A stretch of 64,000 nucleotides of DNA, taken from assembly GCA_051362555.1 (NCBI GenBank), contig CM120646.1, positions 14,260,001 through 14,324,000 of the forward strand, read 5' to 3'. Position numbers and translations under genes: made by a program. Below are positions 49,970 through 64,000 of the stretch, piece after piece. This DNA comes from Lingula anatina. Its lineage: Eukaryota; Animalia; Brachiopoda. The first letter of the stretch is position 1. Every line of letters begins with the position of its first letter. The notes below the pieces were generated by a model that worked only from the letters and a program-made list of their open reading frames with translations, did not search any database and was not told the DNA's origin.

Positions 49970-51178
49970 TTAACTGACCCTCTCAGAACAATCGAGAGTG
50001 GTTAAATGATGGACGTGGTTCAGGGGATAGCGTTCGTCTTTGGCCATCTGCCGCAGGGAGTTACCTCTTGAACTGCCCCTCCACCGGCGCACAGTTGTCT
50101 CAACGTTAAAATTAAACTGCGCTCCTCGACGGCAACAGAGAAGTTTCTGAAAGCCTCGCCTGAATTTAGAATACACGAAAGCATACAGTATAGGGTTCAT
50201 ACAACTGTTCATGTACGCTAAACACTGAGCGGAGATTTGGAAATAGATAAAAGCGCTCACAGCGTCCTGTGGAACTCCCCAGTAAACCTTCAGAATAAAA
50301 GCAATATGGATCGGAAGCCAACAAATCGCAAAGGCGGCGGTCACTATAACTACTACATGGGTCAGTTGCCGCCTAGCTCTGCTCATCTGACCGGAGCCAG
50401 TCCGTTCTGGTGAATTGGAGACGTATAGTTTACGTACTATCAGAAGGTACAGAACAATGGTCAAAGTTAATGGTAGGGCATAGCCAAACAGGCAGAAACA
50501 GGTATAGAATACTTGCGCGTCAAACTCTCGATTGTGTGCAAGGTTGATGTCTAAACAGCGTTGCCGCGTGGCGTTTTCATAAACATAAATACCATGTTCG
50601 TTATACGCCGGTATATTGATAAGTAATATCACCACCCATAAGACATTGATCACAATGTAAGTGTTCCTCTCCGTTTTCAGGGTAAGTGAACGGAACACAA
50701 GTACCAATGTCAGAAACCTATCCAGGGCCATCAGAACCATGGTATAAATGCTAGCCCAGGCGCTCACGTATATAATGTAGTACACGAAATGACACCAAAA
50801 GTCGCCAAAGGGCCAGTATTTCAAGATAAACATGGCTGCCGTAAACGGCACGCATATGATGATAAAAATAAGGTCCGCTATTGCCAAATTAGCGATGAGA
50901 ATGTTCGTCGTGTTCCGCATGGGTTTGTTGGTAAAAATCACTAACAAAACCAACAGGTTTCCCAAAAATCCAACTGCAACAATTATGGAAAACAATACAG
51001 CCACGACAAGGTTGCTGATATCTTCTGTGTCATACCCCTCTGTGCCATTGCCGGTGGACGAACCTTCGGTTACTAACTTGGTGTCATTAATATGCGACAC
51101 GTATACCACGTCCTCGAGAACGGCGTATGCGGCAGGTATAGAAACATTAAAACGAATAGCCATGTTCGTGGGTCGCAT
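49970..51178 (-). CDS. Allatostatin-A/galanin receptor-like GPCR (402 aa, single coding exon)
   Basis: MRNTTNILIANLAIADLIFIIICVPFTA, WPFGDFWC, ASIYTMVLMALDRF, FAICWLPIH and AQCLAYMNSCMNPILYAF are characteristic of AstA-R/GALR-family receptors. Confidence 0.92.
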   Translation of the reverse strand: MRPTNMAIRFNVSIPAAYAVLEDVVYVSHINDTKLVTEGSSTGNGTEGYDTEDISNLVVAVLFSIIVAVGFLGNLLVLLVIFTNKPMRNTTNILIANLAIADLIFIIICVPFTAAMFILKYWPFGDFWCHFVYYIIYVSAWASIYTMVLMALDRFLTLVLVFRSLTLKTERNTYIVINVLWVVILLINIPAYNEHGIYVYENATRQRCLDINLAHNREFDAQVFYTCFCLFGYALPLTLTIVLYLLIVRKLYVSNSPERTGSGQMSRARRQLTHVVVIVTAAFAICWLPIHIAFILKVYWGVPQDAVSAFIYFQISAQCLAYMNSCMNPILYAFVYSKFRRGFQKLLCCRRGAQFNFNVETTVRRWRGSSRGNSLRQMAKDERYPLNHVHHLTTLDCSERVS

Positions 51179-54100
51179 TAATGAGAAGATGAACCAATGC
51201 AGCCTATTTTTTAGTAACGAGTCACATAAATATTTATTTACAGACAGTCAAGCACAATTTTCCTAATGATCAAAATGAATAGAACCGCCTTGCATGTTAC
51301 TGCAACTCTAATGATGTTTGCCCACAGACAGTTTAAATTTTGGTTCTGTAAACTTGTCCTCGGTAATTGTCCTGAAGAACGTATGTTTCACAAAGACCAA
51401 CGCAATATGTCATAAAAGTCCTTTAGTGACACACTCATACGTGTAACATGTATCTTCTTCTTAATTGTGTTTTAGGCCTGTAAATGGTTCGTCTTCAAAG
51501 TCTCCTTGGAGAGGACTGCATTAACACACGTCACAATACTTCGGGTGTTACGAGCAAGTGCTTGGTCTGCCTGCTTTACGCCGAATCAATGTGCTTTGAC
51601 ACCATACCGTTCTCAGCTAAAGGCTATATCCTTAATGATTTAAGATGCGATGAATTCCATTCGACAGTTTAACGGATAACACTTAGTCGCTGTCACTTGT
51701 AAACAAAAATAACCAATCAAGCCTCTCTTGAAGAGAAAGCGTCTCAAGATATGAAGGCTGAGGGTGCTTCACGGATGAAAGTCAGCGCTTTTTTTACAAC
51801 CCAACGTCCAGCTGTGAAACTACTTCTTTCAGTTGAAATATTTGATAGTGTTAAGAGGTTTACCTTGTATCTTCATTAGGAAAAACATAGGCATGCCGAG
51901 GTCAAAGTTGGGGCAAACTCTGAAGCTATACCTGCATTCTTAGTGCAGCAATAGAGATTTGCTTACAATAATGTTTCTGCTTTTCTGCTTCAGTTTTGTT
52001 TACGAACACGTAAGCGCTCTTGATAAATCATTTAATCTCCGGGGCTGGAGTCCACAATATCAGTTGCATCGCACCTGTATAGTTACACAGCGATTTTGCG
52101 CCAGGGGAGATCCCTTAACGATATAATTAACCTTCTGAATGATCCCTATCAACTGGACTATCAGTAACTAACTGAGTATTTCTGGCTGCTGATGGCTCTG
52201 TATCTCAACAAATCTGCTGAAATCCTACTAGATAGATTGGTAAGAATAACCTTCGCAACAAAAAAAAGCTGGTTTGGTCTTGTTCGTACCTTAGCGCACC
52301 CTTAAGGAGCAGCAAGAACCGTCTACTGTCTTTATGCTGCTACTAGTTCGATAAAACTGTTCTGTGGCCGGAGAATTACTCAATCGACTGTGAGGCACGT
52401 TCAAATATGTTCCCGGAGTCCACCACCCTCAGCAAAGATAATTTCTTCTCCAAGCTTCATGGTAATCGCTGATTCCAGCTTCTTCAAACAATAAGGATGA
52501 CATTTGCACATGGAATTGGCCTTTCCAGGGAATTACACCCTCATAATTCGTCATCTTAAATGGGACTGTTAGGTTAATATGCATATAATCACATGATAGA
52601 TGTAATTTCCGATGCAAACATCATGGCGTTTTGTCAAGCGAGAACACTGCTTTTATTTCTTCAGTATTCCTCTTTTCCTTCACGCTAAAATTCTTTTTGT
52701 GCATTGACCGTTGCATTGGACTGAGGAAGGTAATTGGAATCGAAGGAATGGATCCTTGTTCGCCTCCTGAATTTAGCACGAGGGGTTTTTTTAGGTTTCG
52801 CTGTCACTGACATTAAATGAAAACTTGTATAAGGGCAATAATAGCAAGAAGCATTTTCCTTTCCGATCGCCCAGTCTACTTTCACTGACAGTCTCTCCTG
52901 TTCCTTGGTGATTTGGGGGGTCTGTTATTAGCGACACTTATTCAGAAGGGCGCTTGAAGATAGTTTCGTTGAATTATCCTTACTTTTCGGGGGCTTTATT
53001 TCCAGAAAAGTACACAAAATCCACTTTGGACACCAACAGACGTTCCAACAGTCCGATACTAGATAGACTTCGCCTTGATTTCCTTGTTATACACTGGTTC
53101 TTTAGTATTTCCCCTGGAGACTCGCCCCTTAGTATTAACCGAGAAATGGACCCCTTCAACACAATTACTTAATCCATTTAGAGACCTGCTGTTCACTTCG
53201 AATGTCCAGCGCCGTGATTAGTTAGCGATGAGGATCGGCCGCAGCGCTCCCTGAAGAATCGATACACGGTTCCTACCGAGCGTCGTTAGCCGGGCAATGC
53301 CAATTTGAAGCGGACGTTGTGGTCAATGAACCCCGTGCAGCCTGGCCCTTAAGGCTGAGATGCCTCCTGTAAATAAGATAATATTATACATTGAGAATTT
53401 TCTGAACAAACTTCTTGTCTAATCCAGCAGTCTCATTACTTTCCCTGTGTAACATCTGAACTGATCGAACAGTAAACGACCCTTTGTTTACAGTTTACGC
53501 TCGGGTTGGTTTGTGGTCAGAGAAAAGGGTCTACGTCTTAACAAATGGTTGGGTATACGGAAGAAAACCAAACAGAATTTCACTTAATTTTGATTTAATT
53601 TTGATCTAATTAATATTCTTTAATTCAATTTTAATTAATTAGTTGAAATGCCTGCTCAGGGAGCAGGACTGTGTGTTTGTGTGTGTGTGTGTGTGTATGT
53701 GTGTGGTGGAGCGGGGCAAAAATTGTCTTCATGAATCATAATTTGTCGGCATATTTCTTCCTCTCGACCCATCAAAATTTGTTTAGTTTTCCTTCTGTTT
53801 GCGTTTAGGAAAGTACAATTAAGGGTAAAAACAACATGCTTACATGTGCCATAATCATGCAAATGTATTGCAGTCCTTCAACAACCCTTCCTAAACCTAC
53901 GGCCTTGGAGAAGTTAAAAAAATAATGTACATGACCAAAGAGCTGGTATTATTGTCAGTCACGGCAACGTCAGATGTACACAACATGTAGTACCCTTATT
54001 CTAGCACCACACAACCTACTATCACTGCTTACATTTTACGACAAATACCCATTGTTAATGGGGGAGCATCACACACTGATAAGTGAAATTCTCAAACTCA

Positions 54101-57100
54101 AACGCTATACACTGGATGCACCATGGTTCCAAGGCCAGTGATGATGCAAAGTCCTCGGGTTCCTTTAATGTCATTTCTTAATGAGAACTGTTAACGACAG
54201 AAATATGTAATTGTCTTGATCTTGCCCGTATGTTGGACTTTCGTAACTTCAGTTCTTAGAAAAGATAATTATAATGGTTAAGATATTGTCCAAGGCAGAA
54301 TCCGGGCACTCTAATCACGTTAATCAGGCTAAATGATTGCCCGCATTTTCAAGAATCTGCGCTTACTTTTTGTAGGAAGGATTTTGCACTTACTTTTGGA
54401 AAGGAATCGTTGTTGCAACTGAAAGCTGATAAGAAAGGAGAACGCGAGAGGGACTGGTCTGCTTGGCCAAACCTGCTATTATTTTCGGCGATGTTTTTCA
54501 AGATATAGTGCACTAGTAGATGCACTGTATATGTAATTGGGTCATTCCACAAAAAAAATGAACATTTGAGTCACGCACACATTTTGTGTATCATTTGCAC
54601 AACTGTTTCATATTACTTTTTAAATACTGCTTATTTAGTGCCATGGTGGACGGTACTCTTCTATAAAACAGTGAAAATAATATTAAAAGTCAAAATTATG
54701 GAAATACTGCACAGGACGGGTTTGTGTCACTGACATGCATCAAATAATAACTTTTTTGGAATGAACTTTAAGACTGCCACTGTCTCTCTGCCATTGTCCC
54801 TTGCACTCTCCTTGGACTATCTACTTACTGCTGCCTGTATGTATTTTCGGAAGTTGCAATTGGTGAAAACGTTTTGGAAAATTCCATAACAGATTGTGCA
54901 AGTTTACAAGTATTGCCTCTATAATCATAATTGATTGTCATAATTTCAGAGAGAGAGAGAGTGAGAGAGAGATGGGGGGGGGGACCATTCATGATACTTA
55001 ACATACAGTACGAACCAGAACTCTCATTCCTTCTACGTCCCCAAGTACATGTACCTACCCGATCAAGTTGCTGGCACTGGAGTCGAGTGAACCATGGTGC
55101 CTATACTCCCATAATGTTTAAACACATTATTTAAAAATCTCTCACACGTCTACAAAAGTCATCCCACCGAGAGACCGTCACCTCTATTAACTGTACCTAC
55201 CAAATACACCGCACTTGTTTACCTATGTAGTCAAAAGTGTAACGAATTACCTGGATCACGTGCTGGGTCGCACATTAGGGTATATCTGTCTAAAAATCTG
55301 CGATTTTGTGGAAGTTGTGCAATCGTAAGCATTAGGCCGCAATTTGACTCGCGCCGGAAGCGTTTCAGCTAATCAAGCAAGATCAACTTGACTGGTCTTC
55401 ATTACCCGGAAACCTATCACTTACCTGTAAACACGTTGCCTTTCGCTCGAGGGTTGGTGTCTTTAGAGCGAAAACGATGATCTAGTCTACACTATTTGCT
55501 AAACGCTTCTGTTTTTCATTGAAAAAATTAAAGCGGGGGCAAGAGGGCCCGTATGGGTGCACAGCCTTGCTCGCCGACAAAAATAAAAACCCTGTCAAGT
55601 GACAGTGCGCAAATGAAGAAAAGCCCTGTTACCGTGCCAACCAAGTAACCTCTCACAAAAGTTCATTTTGATAACCCATATAAACATCTGGGTACATTTA
55701 CAAGCAGTTTATCTGTAAACGCGTACAGTAATGAGTGCTTGCCTGACCAATTCTAAATTACTAAGGACTGAACGAAAAAGAAATACAACGCTATTTTAAA
55801 AACATTAAGTATACCCGTTGATAGAAGTATGTGACACGCGTCTTATCAAGCAAAAGCGTCGTGTTATTGTCCAGTCACAAATGTCCTTCGCGGTATTAAT
55901 TCGAACGTGCACGCGATACTCTTTTTCTCTCGGCGATGGAATGACACGCAAATGTAATAAACCCACTGCACAGAGTTCATGCCTGGATAGTGTTAATATA
56001 GCGACGTGTTGGCGATTAACACCAAAGAGAGGAAATTTGAAAGAAACGCTGTGTATGGATGACAGAACTACTGGTAATTAAGTCGAACAATCAGAAGGCA
56101 CATAATGCAGTGTAATCACCCGTCGACGACAGTAGTTCGATTGTCATTAATTACTGTAAGGACATTTTGTTCATTTATTGGATTTGCTATATATGTGCGC
56201 TAACAGCGCATCTTGAAAACCTGTTTTTATTACAGTTGGTCGCTGAACAAGAACAATTATGAAATACATATGTAGGAGATTATCCCAAGAACAAGACTAT
56301 GACCCTGGGGTTTAGGGGAACTTCATTGACTGAAGTCCTTGCTATGTTCTACTGTCAGCGGGCAGCGTCCATTCCTTTTTCACCCGCGACGTAGCCTTCA
56401 GGCCTGTAAGGCGTAGATTTAATTTTCTTCATAGCCTTCTAACATGTAAACCGAGGCTATTTTCACCACAGTTTTATAAGGTCCGAATCTTTCTAAAAAC
56501 CTATTAAAATAAGATTGTTCACTTGTGCAAAACTAGGAGTCAGGATGTGTTGGGTCTTAATGTAAAGATAGCGACCGACTAGGGTCAGCACAACAAGTTA
56601 TTTATTTATTTATTTATTTGGTTGCTTATTTATCTTTCGTCACATCTGATTTCCTATGTTATTTTTATAAACAGTTGCCTTAGGCCTGCATTAGATGCAA
56701 TAAGGGTGTTTTTTGGTTTTGTGCGCTACCTTCCTACTCAAACACCATACCTGCAGCAACTACTGTAATTTATGGGAAAATGAACTTCAGTATGTTTAAA
56801 TCCCTCTCACTCTTTTTCTTTCTGTCTGTCTTTTTTTTCCTTTCTGTGTGTGTCTGTGCGTGCATGTCTGTGCGTGTGTTCGTGTGTGTGTGTGTGTGTG
56901 TGTGTGTGTTTCATGACCCGACTTCCCATCCTCCTTACCGTGCCTATAGACTCAATTAAAGAAACCCATCCCAAATGTCACCGACCCTAAGCCACCAACG
57001 CACCCGTGTGCCAGCTTAGGAATGTGGATCAATTATCCACCAGTGCCGGTGGCAATACTGCTCTGTTTTTTGTTTACCTGGTTCACTGTTGTTTTTTCTC

Positions 57101-57708
57101 GCGGATATTTACATTATATATATGGTATTTGCTGCTATGATACAATGACAAACTAAACTGTTGAGACAGTAGAAAAAATTTCCGATTCGGGTAAGTTACT
57201 ACTTAACGTAGCTCTAAGGCTGATGAGGCCTAAGTTCCAATTAATAATTTTCTAGTAAAACTACACAAAGGAAAATTAATCTCATTATAAAGAATAAATG
57301 CTTAATGACGTCCTTCAATTTGTAGGGGACAATGACAGCAGTCGAAGTTCATATGCCTACATGCGCCTCTGGATCAGTCTCGAATTATAATTAATTGAAT
57401 GATAGGTCAGTGACATCGTGGCATTAGTGTATTAATTCATTGGCGTTTTCCAATTAACATTCAGAACTGCGTCATTAAAACAAATGTTTGGTCATTAACG
57501 ACTTAGAGATGATTATGAAACAAATGTAATGAATACCAAGGTTCAAAAGACCGAATGTCTGCATGTTAAATAGGCCAATGATGATATTTTCAATGGGAAC
57601 CCTGTGCGTGTGTCTTCTAGCTGTTTATCATTAAAATTGCCGGGCAGAGCGGTATCTTTTGAGCTTGTTATGAAAAAGGGAAATTGCTGAATCAATCGAA
57701 TTTTCGAA

Positions 57709-57710
<2 letters not shown>

Positions 57711-57748
<38 letters not shown>
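57711..57748. repeat. (GA)n microsatellite
   Basis: Direct reading. Confidence 0.9.
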
Positions 57749-57752
<4 letters not shown>

Positions 57753-60700
57753 GGTGGGGGGAAAGAAACTTTTGCAGGTCTCGCGTTCATTCAATCACTC
57801 ACCACTAACATTCTGGTTTACGAATTGAATAAATGAAGTCGCACTAGTGAGAGAATAAGTTCTTCTGTTTAATCACCCCACCACTAAATTGAACTCACAT
57901 TAGCAATCCATCAACTTTTTATTGATTTCTGTTGCCATGAATCACCGCAAACATTTTTTACGTGAACATCATACTGAGTACTTTATTACGCAAAGCAAAA
58001 ACGTTGATGAGGATGGAGCTTTGGGCATGCATGTCACTTCCTTTGTAAAATCATTGGTTAGATGGGGACTGGGGTTAACAAAGAACTTAAGCCAGAAAAA
58101 AGGTACGGTATAAATTAAATTTTAAGTCCAAAATGTTGGTTTACGTGAGTTTAAGGATGCCGTTAGCCTTTTCCAAAAACTACATTCTTTTGGATAACAG
58201 CTAAATTTTCAGTATTCAGTGACTAAATTAATTGACATTTACACATGTCAACTTATGGGTGATAAATTATTTTGGGGTAAAAATTATCATAATTATGGGG
58301 TAAAAATTGAAAAATTGGATTCCCATATTTCTCCTTTACCTGTGCACCCACGAACACCGTTTTAATGCCAATAATGACACCATTTAGTACCGCAAAAACC
58401 TGTCAGCGATTTTTCTTTAAAGCCTTTGAACTAGACCTTCTTATCTTTCAATATACATATCAAGTGAGATTTAATTCCCTGCAACATTCGCGTATAGAAA
58501 TTATTAGCTGCAGTTGCTTACACAACACAAATAAAATCCAAATGCCAAAAAAAAAGCCGAAACTAACCTGTCAGGCAGGAGAAAAAAACACCTCTGCACT
58601 TTCTCAAATTTCTGGTCATAAATTTGACCTTCCAGTCTGTAAAGCGTAGAGAGTAAGTAAAAATTTACGTGTAAATATCATTTTTCGGAAAATAATGTAA
58701 CGAAACTTAAAATTTGTGGTAATTCCTTTCACTATGTGAAATACTATGGTGGCTTATGATCGGGTTTATGGAATGATCTGACATAAGTACTCGCTTAATA
58801 TGCACCTTTAAACAAAATGAGAAATAGACCAGTAAGATAAGGGCGATAAGAGGAAAGCGAGTTTGAATTTAATGTGTGCAGATCGACTTTTGACCTTCCT
58901 GGTTCTTATCATTTCAAATACACGTTTAAGACAAAGATATCAAGAAGAACTTAGGTTCAAATCACGATTTTTAGAAATAAGGAATAAATACCATTATTTA
59001 ATTAAACTACCACAAAAATACTTGAAAGTTTACTTTGGAGTGAGAAACAGATATAATATATATTTTCCAGTTTTTAGTATCGTGCGAGATGGAAAAAATG
59101 ATATATGTATATCAAATTTCCTGTGCACTTTGATTCAGCTTTATGGTATTTCTATTCATTTCATTTCAAGTTATTTTATTTCTTTGCATCTTCCTGAACT
59201 CTACTTTAGCTTGCATTTTAGTTCACAAATGAAGAACTAAAATTCGTATTTGCATGCAAAGAAGGGACCGGGGGAAAAGAAAAATTGAGACAACAATTTG
59301 TTTATTATTTTTGCAGTAGCACTGCACAGTGAAGAAGCACCTATACTGCCCTTAATAGAAATGTCAAATATACATTATATTATCTGTGTAAAACCGGGAA
59401 TGAACAAAGTTGACATAAGGTATAAAAGAAGCGTAAGTTCTTCTACACAACCCAGTGCTCCTGAAATCCTAGGCGAATCTTTAGTAAGTTTGGCATTCTA
59501 ATTATTTTCTAATTGCGACTCTGATACATACGAGTAAACAAAAATCTGCTCACTATTTCAGTGGCCACGCTCTATCCATTGGCTTTGAACCGTACTACCC
59601 AAAGGCTGTAACCCGTGAAGTACAGAACCAAACAACACAGAGCCCGTTCTAGCCCATTCCAGCGTCGTCTCACCTTAAGATTGCACGTTAATTTCTTGCC
59701 AGAAATGCCAGAAGCCTTTACAGGTAGCTTTAAGGAAATCGGGCAGCACTTCGACAGCGCAGACCCTTACTTTTTGTTTTTTTTTTATAAGTTAACATTC
59801 AATCAAACTAATAAGACTTAAAAGAACTAACATTTAACTTAAACCAACCATGCTCCCTCCGTCACATTTAATTTCTCAGAAATAAAATACATCTTAAAAG
59901 CCCGTAGCATTAAGCCAAAATGTTACAATTCCGTTTATAACTGTCAGCTGGATTAGGAAAGTGTGTGTTACTGTATTCCAATGGAAACGCAACCTTTTGA
60001 TTTTATTCAACGTTATCAGTGTACGCCTTTTACCAAAATAAGCACTTCGAAATGATAAAATCTTCCACCAGGAAGAAATGCTATGACTAAGGTATATTCA
60101 AACTAAATTTATCAAAAACTAATAGCGTGATTTATACGAAAATAAAGTTACCGTTGCGATAGCGTTTACTCTAACCATTCCCGTAGCCAGTATTTTACGT
60201 CTTTTACTGAAAATCTTTTACCTCCTAAGACTACCCAACTTAAGAAATGATAAAGAATAACGAGCACATTATGATTCAAAGTGGTCATTTTCTGATCAAA
60301 AGAGCGGTTATTTCGCACACCCCAAAGCCTCTGCCTTCAGTCTTCTGAACTATACATTATAAATGTATCTATGCTCTATCTAACAAACAGTATATATGGT
60401 GCAAATAAATAACGGCTGTGCAATGCACGGCATGCCTTTAAAATGATGACCACTGGTCGACGAACACGACCATAAGAATGAATGACTCCGTCAAATGGTC
60501 AATTTTCTGAAGTTTTATCCATTATTAAACTCACCTTATTATATTCTGATTCGAAAACGCCTGATATCTGTGAGCAGTTTCGATGAGGGCCTGGAGGGAT
60601 AAGCCAGCACTGCTCAAATAATGAGAAATATGATGGTTTTATGAATTAGTGGCTACCTCATCTTTCCTTAATCGAAAAGTGCGTTGTCCAGACGACGCCC

Positions 60701-63700
60701 CCGGCTGTGTATCGATTTCAGCAAAAAAAAGGAGTCCCGACATTTCATGGCGCTTTGACATGTTAATGTATCACCAAGTAGAGGATTTTTTTTTTTTTGC
60801 CAATTCCAAACGTTAATGACGTGCCCGCTTAATGGAAATGAGAGGCATTTTTGACAGAAAGAAATCCATGGATGTCACAAGCGATATTATGAAAACGAAA
60901 TTGAAAATCTTAGCACATGGCCTATACTGATTGATATCTCTAATATTGAATGTGATCCTAAAAAAGGGGGGTGGGGTAAAGCCGTAAAATCTGCTACCTT
61001 CCACTTCCTCCCTCACTGACCCCCCTCTCCCCCCCCCCCCCCCCCCCAATAAAAAAATCGGTAGGGGAAAGCATGCATACTATTCCTTACCTCTTCCAAA
61101 AGTATTTTTTCAGTGATCGCTATATTCTATTCACTTCATTGCATTCTCGAAATTTTTTTTTTTTTACTCCATCCCTGTTTTTACAGACTCTACTTTACTG
61201 AGTTATAACAGTCTTATTATAGCTAAATTCAACTCTTTCTCTCCACGCACACAAACACATACAGAGAGAGAGAGAGAGAGAGAGGCTTCCAAGTCCTGAA
61301 CCCTGCACATTTATGAATCCACATGCCTATCAAAATATTGCCCAAAAGGCAAAAACTGATTGAAATGCGTACAAATAAACAATGACATACTTGCATCTGG
61401 TCAATATTTCATCAATGCCTTGGGTACAACCAGTGCGGCCACATATTAGATTAGCCTGCACTTGACTTCTCTGTCCCTTGGTCATTATTAGCATCGCGTT
61501 CATACTTCATTAACCATGCACACGCGAGTGGGTCATTAAATCTCGCTGATTTTGAGTATGTCTTAGCATCACGATTATTGCGAAGAGGTGATGGACTGAT
61601 ACGTCGAGTATTCTGGTCAATTGACTCCGGCGTTTCTGATGGCTGCTTAAGTGACAGACGTCCACAAAGACATCTTTGATGTTAATAGCAATTTTTGTTG
61701 AAGTAAAAGGAAAAAGAGGGGGATTTAGATTTTTAAAAAGTAGAAGCAGTTCCATAAAATTCGCGGCCAGGCTTTAGTTCATGTTGAACTAATATTGCAG
61801 TGTACCCGCGAGAACAAAATACAGGCGGTTCCAGTTCTCCTAGAAATGAAGCAGATTTCCGCTGTATATTCTCAGAAAGCTGGTTTCTTGACAAACGAAT
61901 ACATAAAAGCGAGACTCTTTAGCCCTGGGCTACAAGCATCCTTGGAAATGTTTTATTGGATACCACAGAGAGTGGAAGAATTTTCTTTAATGATAAACTT
62001 GTGGCACTCAAGAGACTAAAACCATTTGCTGTTTTCCCGTTAATTGAAAAATGCGTTGGTATTGCGTGATCAATTAAGTAAGCTTTCTTGGCACCAGTTA
62101 CAATGTAACTGGAAACCAGTGACTATGATTTTAATGAACCACTATAGCTTTGGCAGGGAGAGAACAGCGACACGCCTTTTTCATTTCCCTCCAATCGATT
62201 TTTTTTCGTAAACAACCAAACATCACCGCCTAAGGATACCATTTTCAATTAGACTGTAACAAAGGAAGGCATTCTTGTAACTCGCAATAAATTCTTTAAT
62301 AAATTCCGTTAAAAAATCACACTGTCGATCGTCTCGCTTATTTTTTTTCGCTAGGACACTCTTTCTATCCCAGAGGGTCGAACTTCACTGTATCAACAAA
62401 AGTGACTTTTGACAAAGATGACCTTTGACCTGACGGATTTATAGGCCATCATTTCGGACTTACCTGAGTGACTGGTAGTAAGTATGGACCTAATGTGGGG
62501 TGTCAGCTAGCTTATCACTCATCAGACCGTGTACGGGGCAGCAATCTACAGCATATACTTAAAGCCTCAATCTGAACATATCTACATCTTCAAATAATTA
62601 TACACAAGTACATACTATATATTTTATATACTTCTTTACCATATCGGTTTGATCCCTGAATCTAAGAAACATTATGTTGGATTCATGTTGTACCGCCTAG
62701 TGGACAGCGACAATCTCGAGAGTAAGCACACAACTTAATCCAATACAATCACCTACGTCTTGTTTTATTTACTTTAACGTCAGTTTGAACACTTAACGTT
62801 GAGAACAAGAGTGTAAATCATGAGGAAAGGTGACTAAAACGCCTCCTTTTACACTAAAACCTGAGGAGGTTGCGCCTTTGGTATTCCAATGCGTCACAAA
62901 CACACGAGTACAATTTCACCTTGCTATAGATTGATTCCTATAAGAAGTCCATTGATTCAGGTTTCTTCACTATTTGTAGAAATAAAGTGAAAAATAAATA
63001 AAGTTGTAGAAATAAAGTTTGTTTTTTCCTTCGCTGATAACCCACAGCTGGATTGCACAACTATTAACGTGTTCATTATCGCATTTCTTTTATTCTCTCG
63101 ATTATTTTTTACTAATTAATCTAACTTTCTCTCGTTGAGTCACGTTCGTTTGAATTCCTGAATGAATTATGTGCGCCAGGTTAGTTTTTTTTAAACAAAC
63201 TTTTGCTTTCGTGAATAAATGGACGAAAAAAAAAGTAGAAAACTACATTAAAGAGGGTCGTTTGTAGACGGACAAAAGCTTACCTTTTCGCTCGGGAGTA
63301 CTTGAAAAGTTGACTTGACGACAATTCAATCAGACATTGACTTCTTAACTGTGTCTCGGTCACTTGCTTTTCACTTCACAGCCTCAACGTTCTAGTGGCT
63401 GAAAAATCCAAGAATGGTAGTATCGTCAGGAATAACTAGTCACCTCTTCTTGTACAAGATGCCGCTTAGGTATGTTCTTTGCGCCTAAGTTTAAAAAGTC
63501 GCTATATAACTTCCCGCATGCCATGCCCTGTCAGACAAACGTTGCATTATGTGTACCCACCGCATCGCTGAAATGGATGGCATCAGATATCCACGCTTGG
63601 GGCACGGCGACTGCAGATGGCGCCACTAGCGAGCTCCGGCCCACTCAAATGATCCTGATCTAATCCCAAGCGATTTTTCATTTTATTTTTTTGAGAATTT

Positions 63701-64000
63701 TCTCGAGGGATATTAGGTGTTTTGATGCGGCGACTAAGTCCAAATGTGTTTGCCAGGTGCAACTTCAAACAAACGCAAGAAGATAAATATTAGCATGGTG
63801 CTTATGGCCAAAGTTAAACACGTTATGGGTCATTCTCACATCAACTGACCGTGTTTGTTTATGGCTGTTTGACCGTTATTTCCATGTTTAGCATTCACGG
63901 GCCAAGTAAGCTCGCCCGCCAGCGCAGGTGTACTTCAACAGTACGTAATTATTGATATCCCAGCTACATAACAACATTTAACCCCCCACCCCTCCCCTTT

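Noticed and set aside
50832-51266. 144-aa plus-strand ORF (and similar antisense ORFs at 32355, 32706, 42709)
   Set aside because: Antisense to well-supported GPCR coding sequence.
58150-58810. Possible TTAA-flanked Kolobok/piggyBac-like element (also about 36620-36820)
   Set aside because: Terminal repeats too degenerate to support by eye.
1-64000. CRISPR arrays, operons, rRNA or tRNA genes
   Set aside because: The DNA is eukaryotic. The recurring blocks are kb-scale gene duplications rather than repeat-spacer arrays, and I saw no recognisable structural RNA gene.

Overview
AT-rich eukaryotic DNA with spliceosomal introns, probably from an invertebrate bilaterian (a lophotrochozoan is my inference). 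From left to right: (1) a two-exon orphan secreted-protein gene on the minus strand (1401->414); (2) a three-exon rough (ro)-class homeobox gene (3545-5362); (3) a ~24 kb array (about 7.2-30.8 kb) of small multi-exon genes that the ORF track misses because the exons are only 33-158 nt; (4) three class A GPCR genes: a 3-exon orphan peptide-type receptor, an intronless moody/Tre1/melatonin-like receptor with degenerate motifs, and an allatostatin-A/galanin-type receptor. The array encodes 82-98 aa secreted, Arg/Phe-rich peptides with no acidic residues, an invariant 8-Cys frame C-x5-C-x2-C-x7-C-x3/4-C-x18-C-x-CC, an N-terminal Gln and a C-terminal Gly. It holds four intact-looking copies (A, chimeric B, D, E), one inverted pseudogene and one dead exon-1 remnant, and the mature domain shows a strong excess of amino-acid changes. 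The array is the main candidate for an undescribed system (putative antimicrobial peptide or toxin family). Several non-autonomous DNA transposons and microsatellites are also present. All gene models and alignments were made by eye and have no transcript support.
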